Assembly: GCA_039800965.1 (NCBI GenBank)
Contig: JBDLPS010000221.1
Span: 5,877 to 69,876, forward strand
Source: Pseudomonadota bacterium
GTDB taxonomy: Bacteria; Pseudomonadota; Gammaproteobacteria; Steroidobacterales; Steroidobacteraceae
Direction of reading: 5' to 3'
Length of the DNA stretch: 64,000 nt
Program-made: the position numbers and the translations under genes
Notes under the pieces: model-generated
Databases searched by the model: none
The model's input: the letters and a program-made list of their open reading frames with translations, nothing else
What the model was told of the DNA's origin: nothing
Shown here: piece after piece, positions 50,655 to 60,700 of the stretch
How the letters are laid out: every line of letters starts with the position of its first letter
How positions within the stretch are numbered: the first letter of the stretch is position 1

Positions 50655-53113
50655 ATCGAAACCATACTGGGACTGCGGTCCTGCTGGCCTTCGCGGCCTT
50701 GTTCCTGGCTTCCTGCACCGGTGCGTCCTCCCTGCACCGCGATGGCATGGGTGGCGTCCGCAAGGGTGCCTACGAAGAAGGCCTGCAGAAGTTGCAGCAG
50801 GCCATCGCCAAGGAGCCCGGCAACGTCGAATACCGCCTCGACCTGCGCCGCCAGCAACAGGCAGCGGTTGCGGCGCTGCTCGACGAAGGCGATGCCGCGC
50901 GCGCCACCGGCAATGCCGCGGCAGCCGAGAAATCCTATCGCCGCGTACTGTCGATCGAAGCCGCCAATGTGCGTGCCGCCGCCGGAATCGAGGGACTGCG
51001 TGCCGACCAGCGCCATGCGCAGGCCGTCGTCGACGCGCAGCAGGCCTTGCAGCGGGGCGAGATGGAGCGCGCGGATGCGCTGGTCCGCAAGGTGCTGATG
51101 GAGAACCCGTCGCACGCGCCGGCGCAGGCGCTGGCCGCGCGGCTCGAAGCGTCGCGGCCCGCCAATGCGGTGCCTCGCCTGCGCAGTCGTGACAACCGTC
51201 CGGTGACCCTGCAGTTCCGGGATGCGCAGACCAAGATGATCTTCGAAGTGCTGTCGCGGCAAACCGGCATCAACTTCATCTTCGACAAGGACGTGAAGAC
51301 CGACGGCCGCACCACGATCTTCGTCCGCGATGTCGCGGTCGAGCAGGCAATCGACCTGATCCTCGGACAGAACCAGCTGGCCCGCCAGGTGCTGTCCGAC
51401 AACCTCGTGATGGTCTACCCGAACACCGCTGCCAAGCAGAAGGATTACCAGGACCAGCTCGTCCGCACGTTCTACCTGAACTCCGCGGCGCCCAAGGACG
51501 TCGAGAACCTCCTCAAGACCGTGCTCGGTGCGAAGGCGCTCGTCGTCAACGAACGCGCCAATGCGATCGTGATGCGCGACACGCCGGAAGTGGTGCGCAT
51601 GGCCGAGAAGCTCGTGGCATCGGTCGACCTGGCCGAGCCCGAGGTCATGCTGGAGGTCGAGGTGCTCGAGGTGTCCCGCAGCCGGCTGCAGCAGCTGGGC
51701 ATCCTGTATCCCGGCAGCGCGAAATTCAGCGCGCCGGAAGCCCTGATCGTCAACGACATCGCACGGCTCAACGGCTACAGCATCAACGTCTCGCAGCTGA
51801 GCGCGACCGTGGACGTGCTCAAGACCAACGGCAATTCCAACGTGCTGGCGAGTCCACGGATCCGCGCGCGCAACAAGGAAAAGGCCAAGGTCCTCATCGG
51901 CAGTCGCGTGCCGGTCATCACGACCGCGGCGAGCTCGTCGGGCAACGGTGGCGTCATCAACAATACCCAGGTGCAGTACCTGGAGGTCGGCCTGACGCTC
52001 GACGTCGAACCGACGATCTATCCAACGAACGACGTGGCCATCAAGGTCAACCTCGAGGTCAGCTCGATCACCAACCGCGTGACGGTCGGCCAGACCGTGG
52101 CCTACGAGATCGGCACGCGCAACGCATCCACGCTCCTGCAGTTGCGCGATGGCGAGACCCAGATCCTCGCCGGCCTCATCCGCGACAGCGAGACGCGCGA
52201 CGCGACCAAGATCCCCGTGTTGGGCGACATCCCGGTGCTCGGTCGCCTGTTCGGCGACCACACCTCGAAGCGCGACAAGACCGAGGTGGTGTTGTCGATC
52301 ACGCCGCGGCTGGTCCGCCCGGCGATTCGTCCGTCCACCAACACCACCGAGTTCTGGTTCGGCACGGAAGGCCGCAACGGACCGCCGTTGTCGGCTGCGC
52401 CCATCCAGGGCGGGAGCCCTGCGCCGGTGCTGACGGCACCGAGCGCGCCCGCGCCCGCCCGTCCTGCGCCAGCCGCCGGCGCGGCCCCGGTGGCGCCCCA
52501 GGCGACACCCCCCGTTGCCGCTGCGCCAGCAGAGGTGCAGGCCGATGCCGCCGTCGCAACCGTTGCCGCAGCGCCGGACGCACCGCCGCCGGATGTCTCC
52601 GCACCGCTGCCCGCGCCCCCGGCGGACGCGCCGGCCGGGACCGGTCGCTTCAACCGCTTCCGCGGCGCGCCCGCGCGCCCGTCCGCCGCGGCGGCAGTGT
52701 CGCAGCCCGCAGCCGGTTTGCAGGCCCAGGCCAGCGGACCTGCCACGGTGCACATGGGCGAGGAGTTCACCGTCGCCGTGCAGCTCAACGCGCCACAGGG
52801 CGTGCCGCGCGTGCGCGCGCAGTTGCGCTTCGACGTCGCCGGTTTCGAATTCCTGGGCGCCGAGCCCGGTGCGTTCCTGTCGAGCGCCGAGGCCTCGCGC
52901 GTGGCGACTTCCGGTGGCGGCATGCAGCTTGATGCGAACGCCAGCGGCGACCAGCTCCTCTCCGGGAGCGGGGAACTCATGCGCGTGCGCTTCAAGGCCC
53001 TGCAGGCACGCCCGCGAGCGACCTTCGCCGGCCAGGTCAGCGTCCCCTCTGAATCCGGCGCGCCGGGCCCTTCGGGCACCATCATGCCCTTCGACATGGC
53101 GGTCCTGCCCTAG
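50651..53113 (+). CDS. Lipidated TPR - secretin - Ala/Pro linker - cohesin-like fusion protein (GspD/PilQ family)
   Basis: GTG 50651 overlaps the upstream stop (GTGA). Lipobox is FLASC. A TPR-like helical region spans about nt 50762-51147, followed by N0/N1-type domains (VTLQFRDAQTKMIFEVLSRQTGINFIFD). The secretin core is NVLASPRIRARNKEKAKVLIGSRVPVIT...VVLSITPRLV. An approximately 120-aa Ala/Pro-rich linker leads to a C-terminal beta module. The 915-aa track ORF is a run-on. Confidence 0.88.
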   Translation: MNRNHTGTAVLLAFAALFLASCTGASSLHRDGMGGVRKGAYEEGLQKLQQAIAKEPGNVEYRLDLRRQQQAAVAALLDEGDAARATGNAAAAEKSYRRVLSIEAANVRAAAGIEGLRADQRHAQAVVDAQQALQRGEMERADALVRKVLMENPSHAPAQALAARLEASRPANAVPRLRSRDNRPVTLQFRDAQTKMIFEVLSRQTGINFIFDKDVKTDGRTTIFVRDVAVEQAIDLILGQNQLARQVLSDNLVMVYPNTAAKQKDYQDQLVRTFYLNSAAPKDVENLLKTVLGAKALVVNERANAIVMRDTPEVVRMAEKLVASVDLAEPEVMLEVEVLEVSRSRLQQLGILYPGSAKFSAPEALIVNDIARLNGYSINVSQLSATVDVLKTNGNSNVLASPRIRARNKEKAKVLIGSRVPVITTAASSSGNGGVINNTQVQYLEVGLTLDVEPTIYPTNDVAIKVNLEVSSITNRVTVGQTVAYEIGTRNASTLLQLRDGETQILAGLIRDSETRDATKIPVLGDIPVLGRLFGDHTSKRDKTEVVLSITPRLVRPAIRPSTNTTEFWFGTEGRNGPPLSAAPIQGGSPAPVLTAPSAPAPARPAPAAGAAPVAPQATPPVAAAPAEVQADAAVATVAAAPDAPPPDVSAPLPAPPADAPAGTGRFNRFRGAPARPSAAAAVSQPAAGLQAQASGPATVHMGEEFTVAVQLNAPQGVPRVRAQLRFDVAGFEFLGAEPGAFLSSAEASRVATSGGGMQLDANASGDQLLSGSGELMRVRFKALQARPRATFAGQVSVPSESGAPGPSGTIMPFDMAVLP
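52736..53110 (+). other. Cohesin-like C-terminal module of the secretin
   Basis: GPATVHMGEEFTVAVQLNAPQGVPRVRAQLRFDVAGFEFLGAEPGAF...SGSGELMRVRFKAL follows the cohesin pattern. That pattern is G-x-F-x-V-x-V, then a hydrophobic x-F-x-hydrophobic-x-hydrophobic beta-strand stretch as in cohesin (here LRFDVAGF), then G-x-G-x-L-x-x-V-x-F-K. The call is by eye only. Confidence 0.5.
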
Positions 53114-53133
53114 GGCCCCGCTGCACGCGCGCC

Positions 53134-53616
53134 ATGGCACCGCATCGCACCGCTTCCGGGTTCACGCTCATCGAACTCGTCATCACCGTGGCGATCGTCG
53201 CCCTGCTGGCGACGGCCGCCGTGCCGCTTGCCGGGGTGGCGATCCAGCGTGGCAAGGAAGCGGAGCTGCGGTCGGCGCTGCGCGAGATTCGTGGCGCGAT
53301 CGATGCCTACAAGTCGGCGGGCGAGCAGGGGAGCATCCTGGTGGATGCCGATGCGTCAGGTTATCCGCCGGACCTGCGCACGCTCGTGGCGGGCGTCGTC
53401 GATGCCCGCAGTCCCAAGGGCGTGAAACTGTATTTCCTGCGCCGAATTCCGCGCGATCCGTTCTTTCCGGACGGCAGCGCGCCGGCGGAGCAGACCTGGG
53501 GATTACGCAGCCATTCGAGCCCGCCAGACAGGCCGGAACCCGGCGTGGATGTGTTCGACGTCCATTCGTTCTCCAACCAGCGAGGCCTGAACGGAGTGCC
53601 CTACCATGAGTGGTAA
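53134..53616 (+). CDS. Pseudopilin (prepilin-type N-terminal methylation domain)
   Basis: Cleavage motif is SG|FTLIELVITVAIVALLA with Glu at +5. 160 aa. Confidence 0.8.
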   Translation: MAPHRTASGFTLIELVITVAIVALLATAAVPLAGVAIQRGKEAELRSALREIRGAIDAYKSAGEQGSILVDADASGYPPDLRTLVAGVVDARSPKGVKLYFLRRIPRDPFFPDGSAPAEQTWGLRSHSSPPDRPEPGVDVFDVHSFSNQRGLNGVPYHEW

Positions 53617-53986
53617 ACACCGCCGCGGCTTCACGCTCATCGAGTTGCTGGTGGTGATGGCCATCATCGCCACGCTGCTGTCGGTGGTGGTTCCCCGCTA
53701 TTTCCATACGCTCCAGCATTCGCGCGAGGCCGTGCTCAAGCACGACCTGGGCGTCCTGCGCGAGGCCATCGACAAATACCGGGGCGACGTCGGCAAGTAT
53801 CCCGAGTCGCTCGACGACCTCGTGCAGCATCGCTACATCCGCGCGGTGCCGGAGGATCCCATCACGCGCTCCGCGACCACCTGGCAGCCGGTCGCCTCGG
53901 AGGACCCGGATGATCCGGGCCTGCGCGACGTGTTCAGCGGCGCCGAAGGTGCCGCGTCGGACGGCACCACCTACCGGGACTGGTGA
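53606..53986 (+). CDS. Pseudopilin, GspG-like
   Basis: Cleavage motif is RG|FTLIELLVVMAIIATLL with Glu at +5. A GspG-like helix LREAIDKYRGDVGKYPESLDDL is present. It overlaps the upstream gene by 11 nt. Confidence 0.8.
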   Translation: MSGKHRRGFTLIELLVVMAIIATLLSVVVPRYFHTLQHSREAVLKHDLGVLREAIDKYRGDVGKYPESLDDLVQHRYIRAVPEDPITRSATTWQPVASEDPDDPGLRDVFSGAEGAASDGTTYRDW

Positions 53987-54501
53987 TCGTGCGCCAGCAG
54001 GCCGGCTTTACCTACCTGGGCTTGCTTGCCGCGATCGTCGTGCTCGGCGTGACGATGGCGGCGGCCGGGACAGTGTGGAAGACGCAGAGCCTGCGCGAGC
54101 GCGAGAAGGAGCTGCTTTTCGTCGGCGGCCAGTTCCGGGATGCCATCGGACGGTACCGTATCGCCAACGGGGCATTCCCGCGCACGCTGGCCGACCTCGT
54201 CACCGACACCCGCTTGCCCACGCCGCGGCGTCACCTGCGCCGTATCTATGCCGACCCGATGAACGGCGGCACGGAGTGGGAACTGTTGCGGTCGCCTGAC
54301 GGCGGCATCATGGGCGTGGCCAGCCTCTCGCGCGGCAAACCGCTCAAGCAGGCGAACTTCGGCGCGGACGACAGCGCTTTCAAGGACGCGGATTGCTACT
54401 GTGCCTGGCGTTTCGTGTACCAGGGCAAGTCGCTCGGCCGCAGTCGCGACCTGGCGCCGACCGATTCCAACGTCCGGTCTTCCGGGTCGAACGCACCCTG
54501 A
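53983..54501 (+). CDS. Pseudopilin lacking Glu+5
   Basis: GTG start in a GTGA overlap. The motif is AG|FTYLGLLAAIVVLGV, where position +5 is Gly rather than Glu. 172 aa. Confidence 0.7.
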   Translation: MIVRQQAGFTYLGLLAAIVVLGVTMAAAGTVWKTQSLREREKELLFVGGQFRDAIGRYRIANGAFPRTLADLVTDTRLPTPRRHLRRIYADPMNGGTEWELLRSPDGGIMGVASLSRGKPLKQANFGADDSAFKDADCYCAWRFVYQGKSLGRSRDLAPTDSNVRSSGSNAP

Positions 54502-54745
54502 ATCGTCGCGACGCGGTCCGGAACTGCATCACATAAGTTAAATGGAAGAGGGGAATTCCTACCCCTCTGCATAGGGAATACACCCCACGAGGGGTTGCTT
54601 CTTCCCACCTCCGGCGCCGATGTCGTCCGACTGACGCCACAAGCCTTCGTTTCGCAATATGACGCCATGCGCGAAAACCTTTTTCGCGCCGCATTTCATG
54701 TTGAAGAGGCAGTGGGTCCCGAAGGGGCCCTGTTTGGAGGCTCAG
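54502..54745 (+). promoter_or_regulatory. Structured, lower-GC intergenic leader or promoter region upstream of the giant gene
   Basis: By hand count, nt 54521-54600 are about 49% G+C against roughly two-thirds elsewhere. Three hairpins are present: 54547-54569 (agagggg-N9-cccctct), about 54582-54595 (acccc-acga-ggggt) and 54669-54689 (gcgcgaaaa-cct-ttttcgcgc, a 9-bp perfect stem). A GGAGG RBS sits at 54736-54740. Confidence 0.45.
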
Positions 54746-57700
54746 ATGTCCGGTTCGCGTTTCCTGCGCAGTGTTCTCGCCGCCACGCTCGTGGTCTTCG
54801 GAGGTCTTGGCCTCGCCGAAGCCGCGCCCGTGACCCTGAAGGTCGTCAGCGCGAGGGCGGAGTCCCGGTGGACCAACCCGTCCACCCAGGCCGTCACCGG
54901 CATCAGCAAGGGCGCTGTAGTCACGCACTACAAGTACCTCATCAACGTCGACAATTCGGGCGACACCTCGACGCAGCGTTCGCCCGCGCTCGGCACGGGT
55001 TGCAACCCGGCCGATGCGGGTTACCCCGACAGCTGCAAGTGGACCTCCATCGCGGGCACTGCCTCGTTCGCGCCGGTCTACACGCAGGGCACGCAGGCGG
55101 ATTTCGCCACCGCCATGAACATCCCGGACGGCCGCTACCTGATCTCGGTGCTTGCGCCGGGCTTCAAGCTCGATGGCCGCCACTTCAAGGTCGCCAACGG
55201 CATCGCCACCTGGGAAGGCAAGTCCGGCGCGGCGCCGGCTTCCGAGGTGCTGGTCGAGATGCAGCCGTGGCCGTTGCCGGACGCGCAGATCCAGGCGGCG
55301 GTCTTCGAGGACATCTCGCCGGTCAACAGCGCGCCGGATCTTCCGGTGGAGCATGGTCTCGCGGGTTTCCAGGCGCACATCACCGATTACATCGGTGAAG
55401 TGACCACCGACATCTATGGCGCACCGCTGTGCGACACCGGCGCCTGCCTCAGCGCCTGCTATGTCGTCTTCAACGGCCAGGACATCGGCACGGTGCAGCC
55501 GCTCGACGCGGCCGGCCGCTGCCCGACGGATCCCCCGACCGCCAGCACCGCGATGTATTACTGCGATGGCCCGAACGGCAGCACGGCGCCCTACATGGTC
55601 GCGCGCAGCGACACGGCGCCGTACAACCGCTTCGCCTGTCCTTCCGCGCTGGGCAGCGTGGCCGTGAAGCAGGGCCCCGTCCCTGATGCGGCCGCCCTGC
55701 ACACGGGCGTCATCCAGGGCAAGGTCAAGGTGCCGAACATCGGCCCGAACCGTTACGCGCTGGCCGTCACGCCGCCGGACGGTTACTTCTGGGCCCAGAC
55801 GACCACGCTCGAAGGCAACAGCGACTGGGACGCCTGGGTGATGGAAGGCGCAACCGGTCTCGATACCGAGCTTGCCGTCGCCGGCGAGCCCTTCCCGGGC
55901 ATCATCTTCGGCTACGTCCCGCAGCCGGGCACGTCGACCGCGCAGACGGTGCGCACGTATTCGGCAGTCAGCTGCCGTCGCGGCGTGACGAACTGTCCCT
56001 ACAACATCTATCCGACGCTGACCGGCACTTCCACGATCACGGGTGTCGTCGAGGCCGTGAAGATCTTCGTCCCCGCGACCGGTGGCATCGCCGGCCTGCC
56101 CGGCCAGATCTGGGGCGGCATGCAGGGTGCCAAGATCGACAAGCCGATCGAGTACCCCTGGGTCACGCTCACCGACCTGTCCAATGGCGATTCGATCGTC
56201 TGGGCCGGCCGCGGTGACGTGCAAGGTCGCTTCTCCATCCCGAACGTCCCGGCCGGCACCTACACCCTGACCTGGTGGGACCAGCCGCAGAACGAGATCC
56301 TCGACCTCGTGAACGTCACCGTTCGCGCCGGCGAGACCGTCGACATGGGCATCCTGCCGCTGACCGGCTGGTGGACCGTCTTCGATGGCTATGTCTTCAA
56401 TGACGCCAACCGCAACGGCATCAAGGACGAGGGCGAGGCGGGCATCCCCAACTACACGTTGACGTTGCGCAAGCGCGAGAACTCGCAGATGGATCGCGGC
56501 ACGACTGCCGCCACCACCGATTCCAACGGCTATTACGTCTTCGAATCCGCCTATCCCATGACGCAGTGGCTGGTGATGGAGGCCTATGACGACCTCCATT
56601 ACACGACCGGCGTCACCTACCAGGCCGACAACCAGCCCGATCCGACCACGGTGATCGGTTCGGGCGTGGACGTCAGCGTGCATCCGATCATCGGCCTTTC
56701 AGGTCGCATCGACTGGGGCAAGCACATCTACGACGGCACCGGCACGAACGGCGTCGACCCGCGCAACGGCGGCATCGTCGGCAGCATCAGCTACGACACC
56801 ACCCGCAACGAAAAGGACCCGCGCTACGCGGCGGTGGAAGTCTGGCAGCCTGGCGTGCCGGACCTCACGGTCAAGCTGTGGAAGCCTGTCCCCTGCAACA
56901 CCCACGTGGGCACGCCTTGCAGCGCGGACCGTCGCTATGAGCTCGCGGCCGATGGCTCCTACGCCAAGGGCCTGCTGCTGAACACCTACCTGTCCGAGAC
57001 CTGGACGCGTCCGGCCGGCTGCACCGTCCGCAACGCCGATGGCACGCCCCTGGTGCACGGTGTCGATGAACAGGTGCTGCCGCTCGACGACACGCTGCCC
57101 TGCATCGAGGCGCCGCTGACGGGCATCCAGTTCGGCACCTACGCCACGGACCAGGGCACCCCTGACGCGAACTTCGGCGCTGCCGTCAACGGCAACTGGG
57201 GCTTCGGCGACGGTTGCCTCGTCTCGGGCTTCAACACGACGACCCAGGCCTGCAACAACGCGAGCGAACCGCTGGCCGCGCTGCCGGCTGCGAACTATCT
57301 GGTACAGGTCGACCTGCAGTCCCTCAAGGACGCGCAGGGTCGCCCGGTCTATCAGGTGACGCGCGAGGAAGACGTGAACGTGGCCGCCGGCGACGAGTTC
57401 GCCCCGGCCGTGCCGCCGCCGGCCTGCGTCGGCGCGCTGCATGTGGTCGACTCGTCCGGCAACGACGGCTACCTGACCGGTGCCGGCACGGCCCCTGCCG
57501 AGGGCCAGCAGCGTCCGCTCTGCGACGTGAAGCTCGTGACCCTTACCAATGGCAAGTCGGTCGCCCCGATGTTCAACGTCTTCACGGACGTTCCGCTCCC
57601 GGGTCGCCACTGGTTCATCATCATCGATGACCTGAACTTCTCCAGTAACCCGAAGTCCACGACCTTCGGCGAGAAGGCGGGCATTCCCTTCGCCCCGGTC

Positions 57701-60700
57701 GGCATCTACGATTTCACCAACCGTCTCGTGAAGACGGTGGAATCAGACTACAACGGCCTGGCTGACGTGCTGCTGCCGTCGACCAACCGCATCAACTGCC
57801 CGACGCCCTCCGGCGTCTGCGCGAACCTGTACCGTTACGTGGGCAACGACCCGGGTGTCCCGGGCCGCCTGAACACGAACTACAACCCGGCCTTCCGCAC
57901 CATCGCGGCCGAATTCGAAGTCCTGCCGGGCCTGATCGTGCCGGCGGACCTCGCGCCGAGCCAGGTCGGTGTCACCGTGCAGCTCCCGGGCTCGCAGGTG
58001 ACGACCAACCTGCAGTGCAAGGTCGAGGACGTCGCGCCCGAGCTGTACGCGGTGTCTCGCCCGTACGTGACGGTGGGCAACAACGCTAGCACGGCGCAGC
58101 GCCAGTTCATCATCTATGGCAAGGCCTTCGGTGCCGCCGTCGGCCAGGTGCAGCTGGATGGCACGGCCCTCACGGCCACTGCAGTGACCTGGACCAACAC
58201 GCAGATCACGGTCACGGTACCGACCAACACGACGCAGGGCCCGCGCCAGCTGACGATCCTTGCCGCCAACGGCAAGCGCACCGTCAACGGCCTGACGCTG
58301 CATGTGATGGGCAACACCTACGCGCCCCAGCTCTTCGAGGTGGGCCCGAACGTGGCCAATGCCCGCTATCGCCCCGCCGAGACGCTCCCGGAGACCGCAA
58401 ACCATGCCGTGCAGAACGCGCTGGATGACGCGGGCGTGTGGGTAGGCGCCGGCACCAACCGCACGGCCCTGGTCGTGGTCTACCCGAACACGCCGGCGGT
58501 GGGTTCGCGCCAGAACCCGCGCGGCGCCTATTACGAGAACCTGATCATCACCAGCCGCGTGAAGCTCCAGGGCGTCGGCCCGGGCAGCCCGGACGGCTCG
58601 ATCCGCGGTTCCATCCTCGATGGCAGTGCCTATGCCGGCGACAGCCCGGTCGCGACCGACTGGCGCGCTCGCCTGACGCAGTTCGGCACCTTCGACGCGA
58701 ACAACAACTTCATCCCCGGCTGGGCCGGCAACAGCGCAATCTATGACGGCGCCGTCATCACGCTGTACCTGCCGTCCCCGTCCTCGACGGTCCTGGCGGA
58801 GCGCCGCCAGGCCTTCCCGACGACCTACACTGCGGCCACGGCGCCCTCGATCGATGGCTTCGACATCCGCGGTGGCGACCAGCAGGGCTTCCCGACCAAC
58901 ATCAACGTGATCGGTGGCGGCCCCACGGGCCTTGCGCCCGGAGTGGTCACGCAGGGTGGCGCGATCTTCGCGAACGCCTGGGCGAACAATCTGCAGATCA
59001 CCAACAACACCGTGCAGAACAATGGCGGTGCCTACGGCACCCTGCGCCTCGGCACGCCCGACCTGACGGGCGCCGATCCCAGCAGCCATAACGGCAACGT
59101 GGTCATCGCGCACAACCGCGTGATCCTCAACGCCGGCACGAACCAGGCGGGTGGCATCGGCCTCTTCAACGGGTCCGACAACTACCAGATCGCCTTCAAC
59201 GACATCTGCGGCAACTTCTCGGCCGAGTACGGCGGCGGCATCAGCGTCGTCGGCTACAGCCCGGGCGGCCGCATCAACAACAACCGCATCTACTTCAACC
59301 GCTCCTACGACGAGGGTGGTGGCGTGATGATCGCGGGCGCCCTGCCGGCCAACGCGGCGACGCTGTCGCCGGGCTCGGGTGCCGTCGACATCTACGGCAA
59401 CCTCATCCAGGGCAACCTGTCGAACGACGACGGCGGCGGCATCCGCTTCCTGATGTCCGGCAACTTCCCGATGAACGTCTACAACAACTTCATCGTGGAC
59501 AACATCTCGACGCACGAGGGCGGCGGCATCAGCATCAACGATGCGCCGAACGTCCGCATCTACAACAACACGATCGCCAAGAACATCACGACGGCCACGG
59601 CGATCACCAGCACGGGCGTGCCGGCTCCCGCCGGTGTCTCGACCTCGCTGAACAGCGGCCTGCTGCAGGACACCCTGCCGGCCGGTTCGCCGCTGCACAG
59701 CAACCCGCTGCTGTTCAACAACCTGTTCTGGGACAACCGTGCCGGCACGCGCACGCTGGACCTGGTGGCCGGCATCGGGGCCGCGAACGACACCTCGCCG
59801 ATCGACTACTGGGACCTCGGCGTCTCGGACGATCCGACGGTTTCGCTCTCGCCCACGAACTCGCTCGTCCAGCAGGACGTGGCGCAGCATGCCTACACCA
59901 CCGATGCGTCCAACAAGACGACCGACCCTCGCTTCCTGACGCCGTATGACATCGGGGTGACGTTCAACGTCTGGCGCAACAACCCGGCCTTCCTGGGCGC
60001 CATCATGATCTCGGCGGACCTCCCGCCGTCGCTGATGGGCGACTTCCACCTGCGCGGCAACTCGCCGGCGGTGAACGTCGCGGCGAACAGCAAGGCGCTG
60101 CCGTCCTACCAGGTCGTCGGCACCGCGACGAGCGTCGCGGCGCCCTCGAACGACATCGACGGCGACACGCGTCCGGCGCTCGGTGCCCGCGACATCGGCG
60201 GCGACGAAATGCTGCCGGTCTCGGCCGACCTGCGCATCACCAAGACGGACGGCGTGACCGCTGCTTCGCCGGGCGATGTCCTGCACTACACCATCACCGT
60301 GACCAACAGCTCGGCGAACTTCGTCTGGGGTGCCTGGGTGCGTGACACCATCCCGGCCGCCCTCACGAACGTGAGCTGGACCTGCGTGGCCTCCACCGGC
60401 TCGGCCTGTGCCGCCGTCAGCGGCAGCGGGAACATCTCCGAGTACGTGGACCTCGCTCCCGCCGGCACCGTCACCTACGTGCTGACGGGCACGGTCAGCG
60501 GTGCGGTGGGTTCGACGCTGTCGAATACCGCGACGGTCACTCCGTCGCTGGGCACGACGGATTCGAACACGACCAACAACTCGGCGACGGATACGGACCA
60601 GATCGCCGGCACGGCTGACCTCGAGGTCTCGATCTCGACGGACAAGTCGCGCTACAACCGCAACGAGAACATCCGTTACACGATCGTCGCCAAGAACAAC

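Noticed and set aside
60120-60215. Possible dockerin-like Ca-binding repeat (NDIDGDTRPALGARDIGGDE) in the giant protein that could pair with the secretin cohesin-like module.
   Set aside because: This D-x-DGD...DIG(A/G)DE string is a common C-terminal cap of right-handed beta-helix proteins. It occurs only once, not as the duplicated F-hand segment of a dockerin. A cohesin partner therefore remains unidentified.
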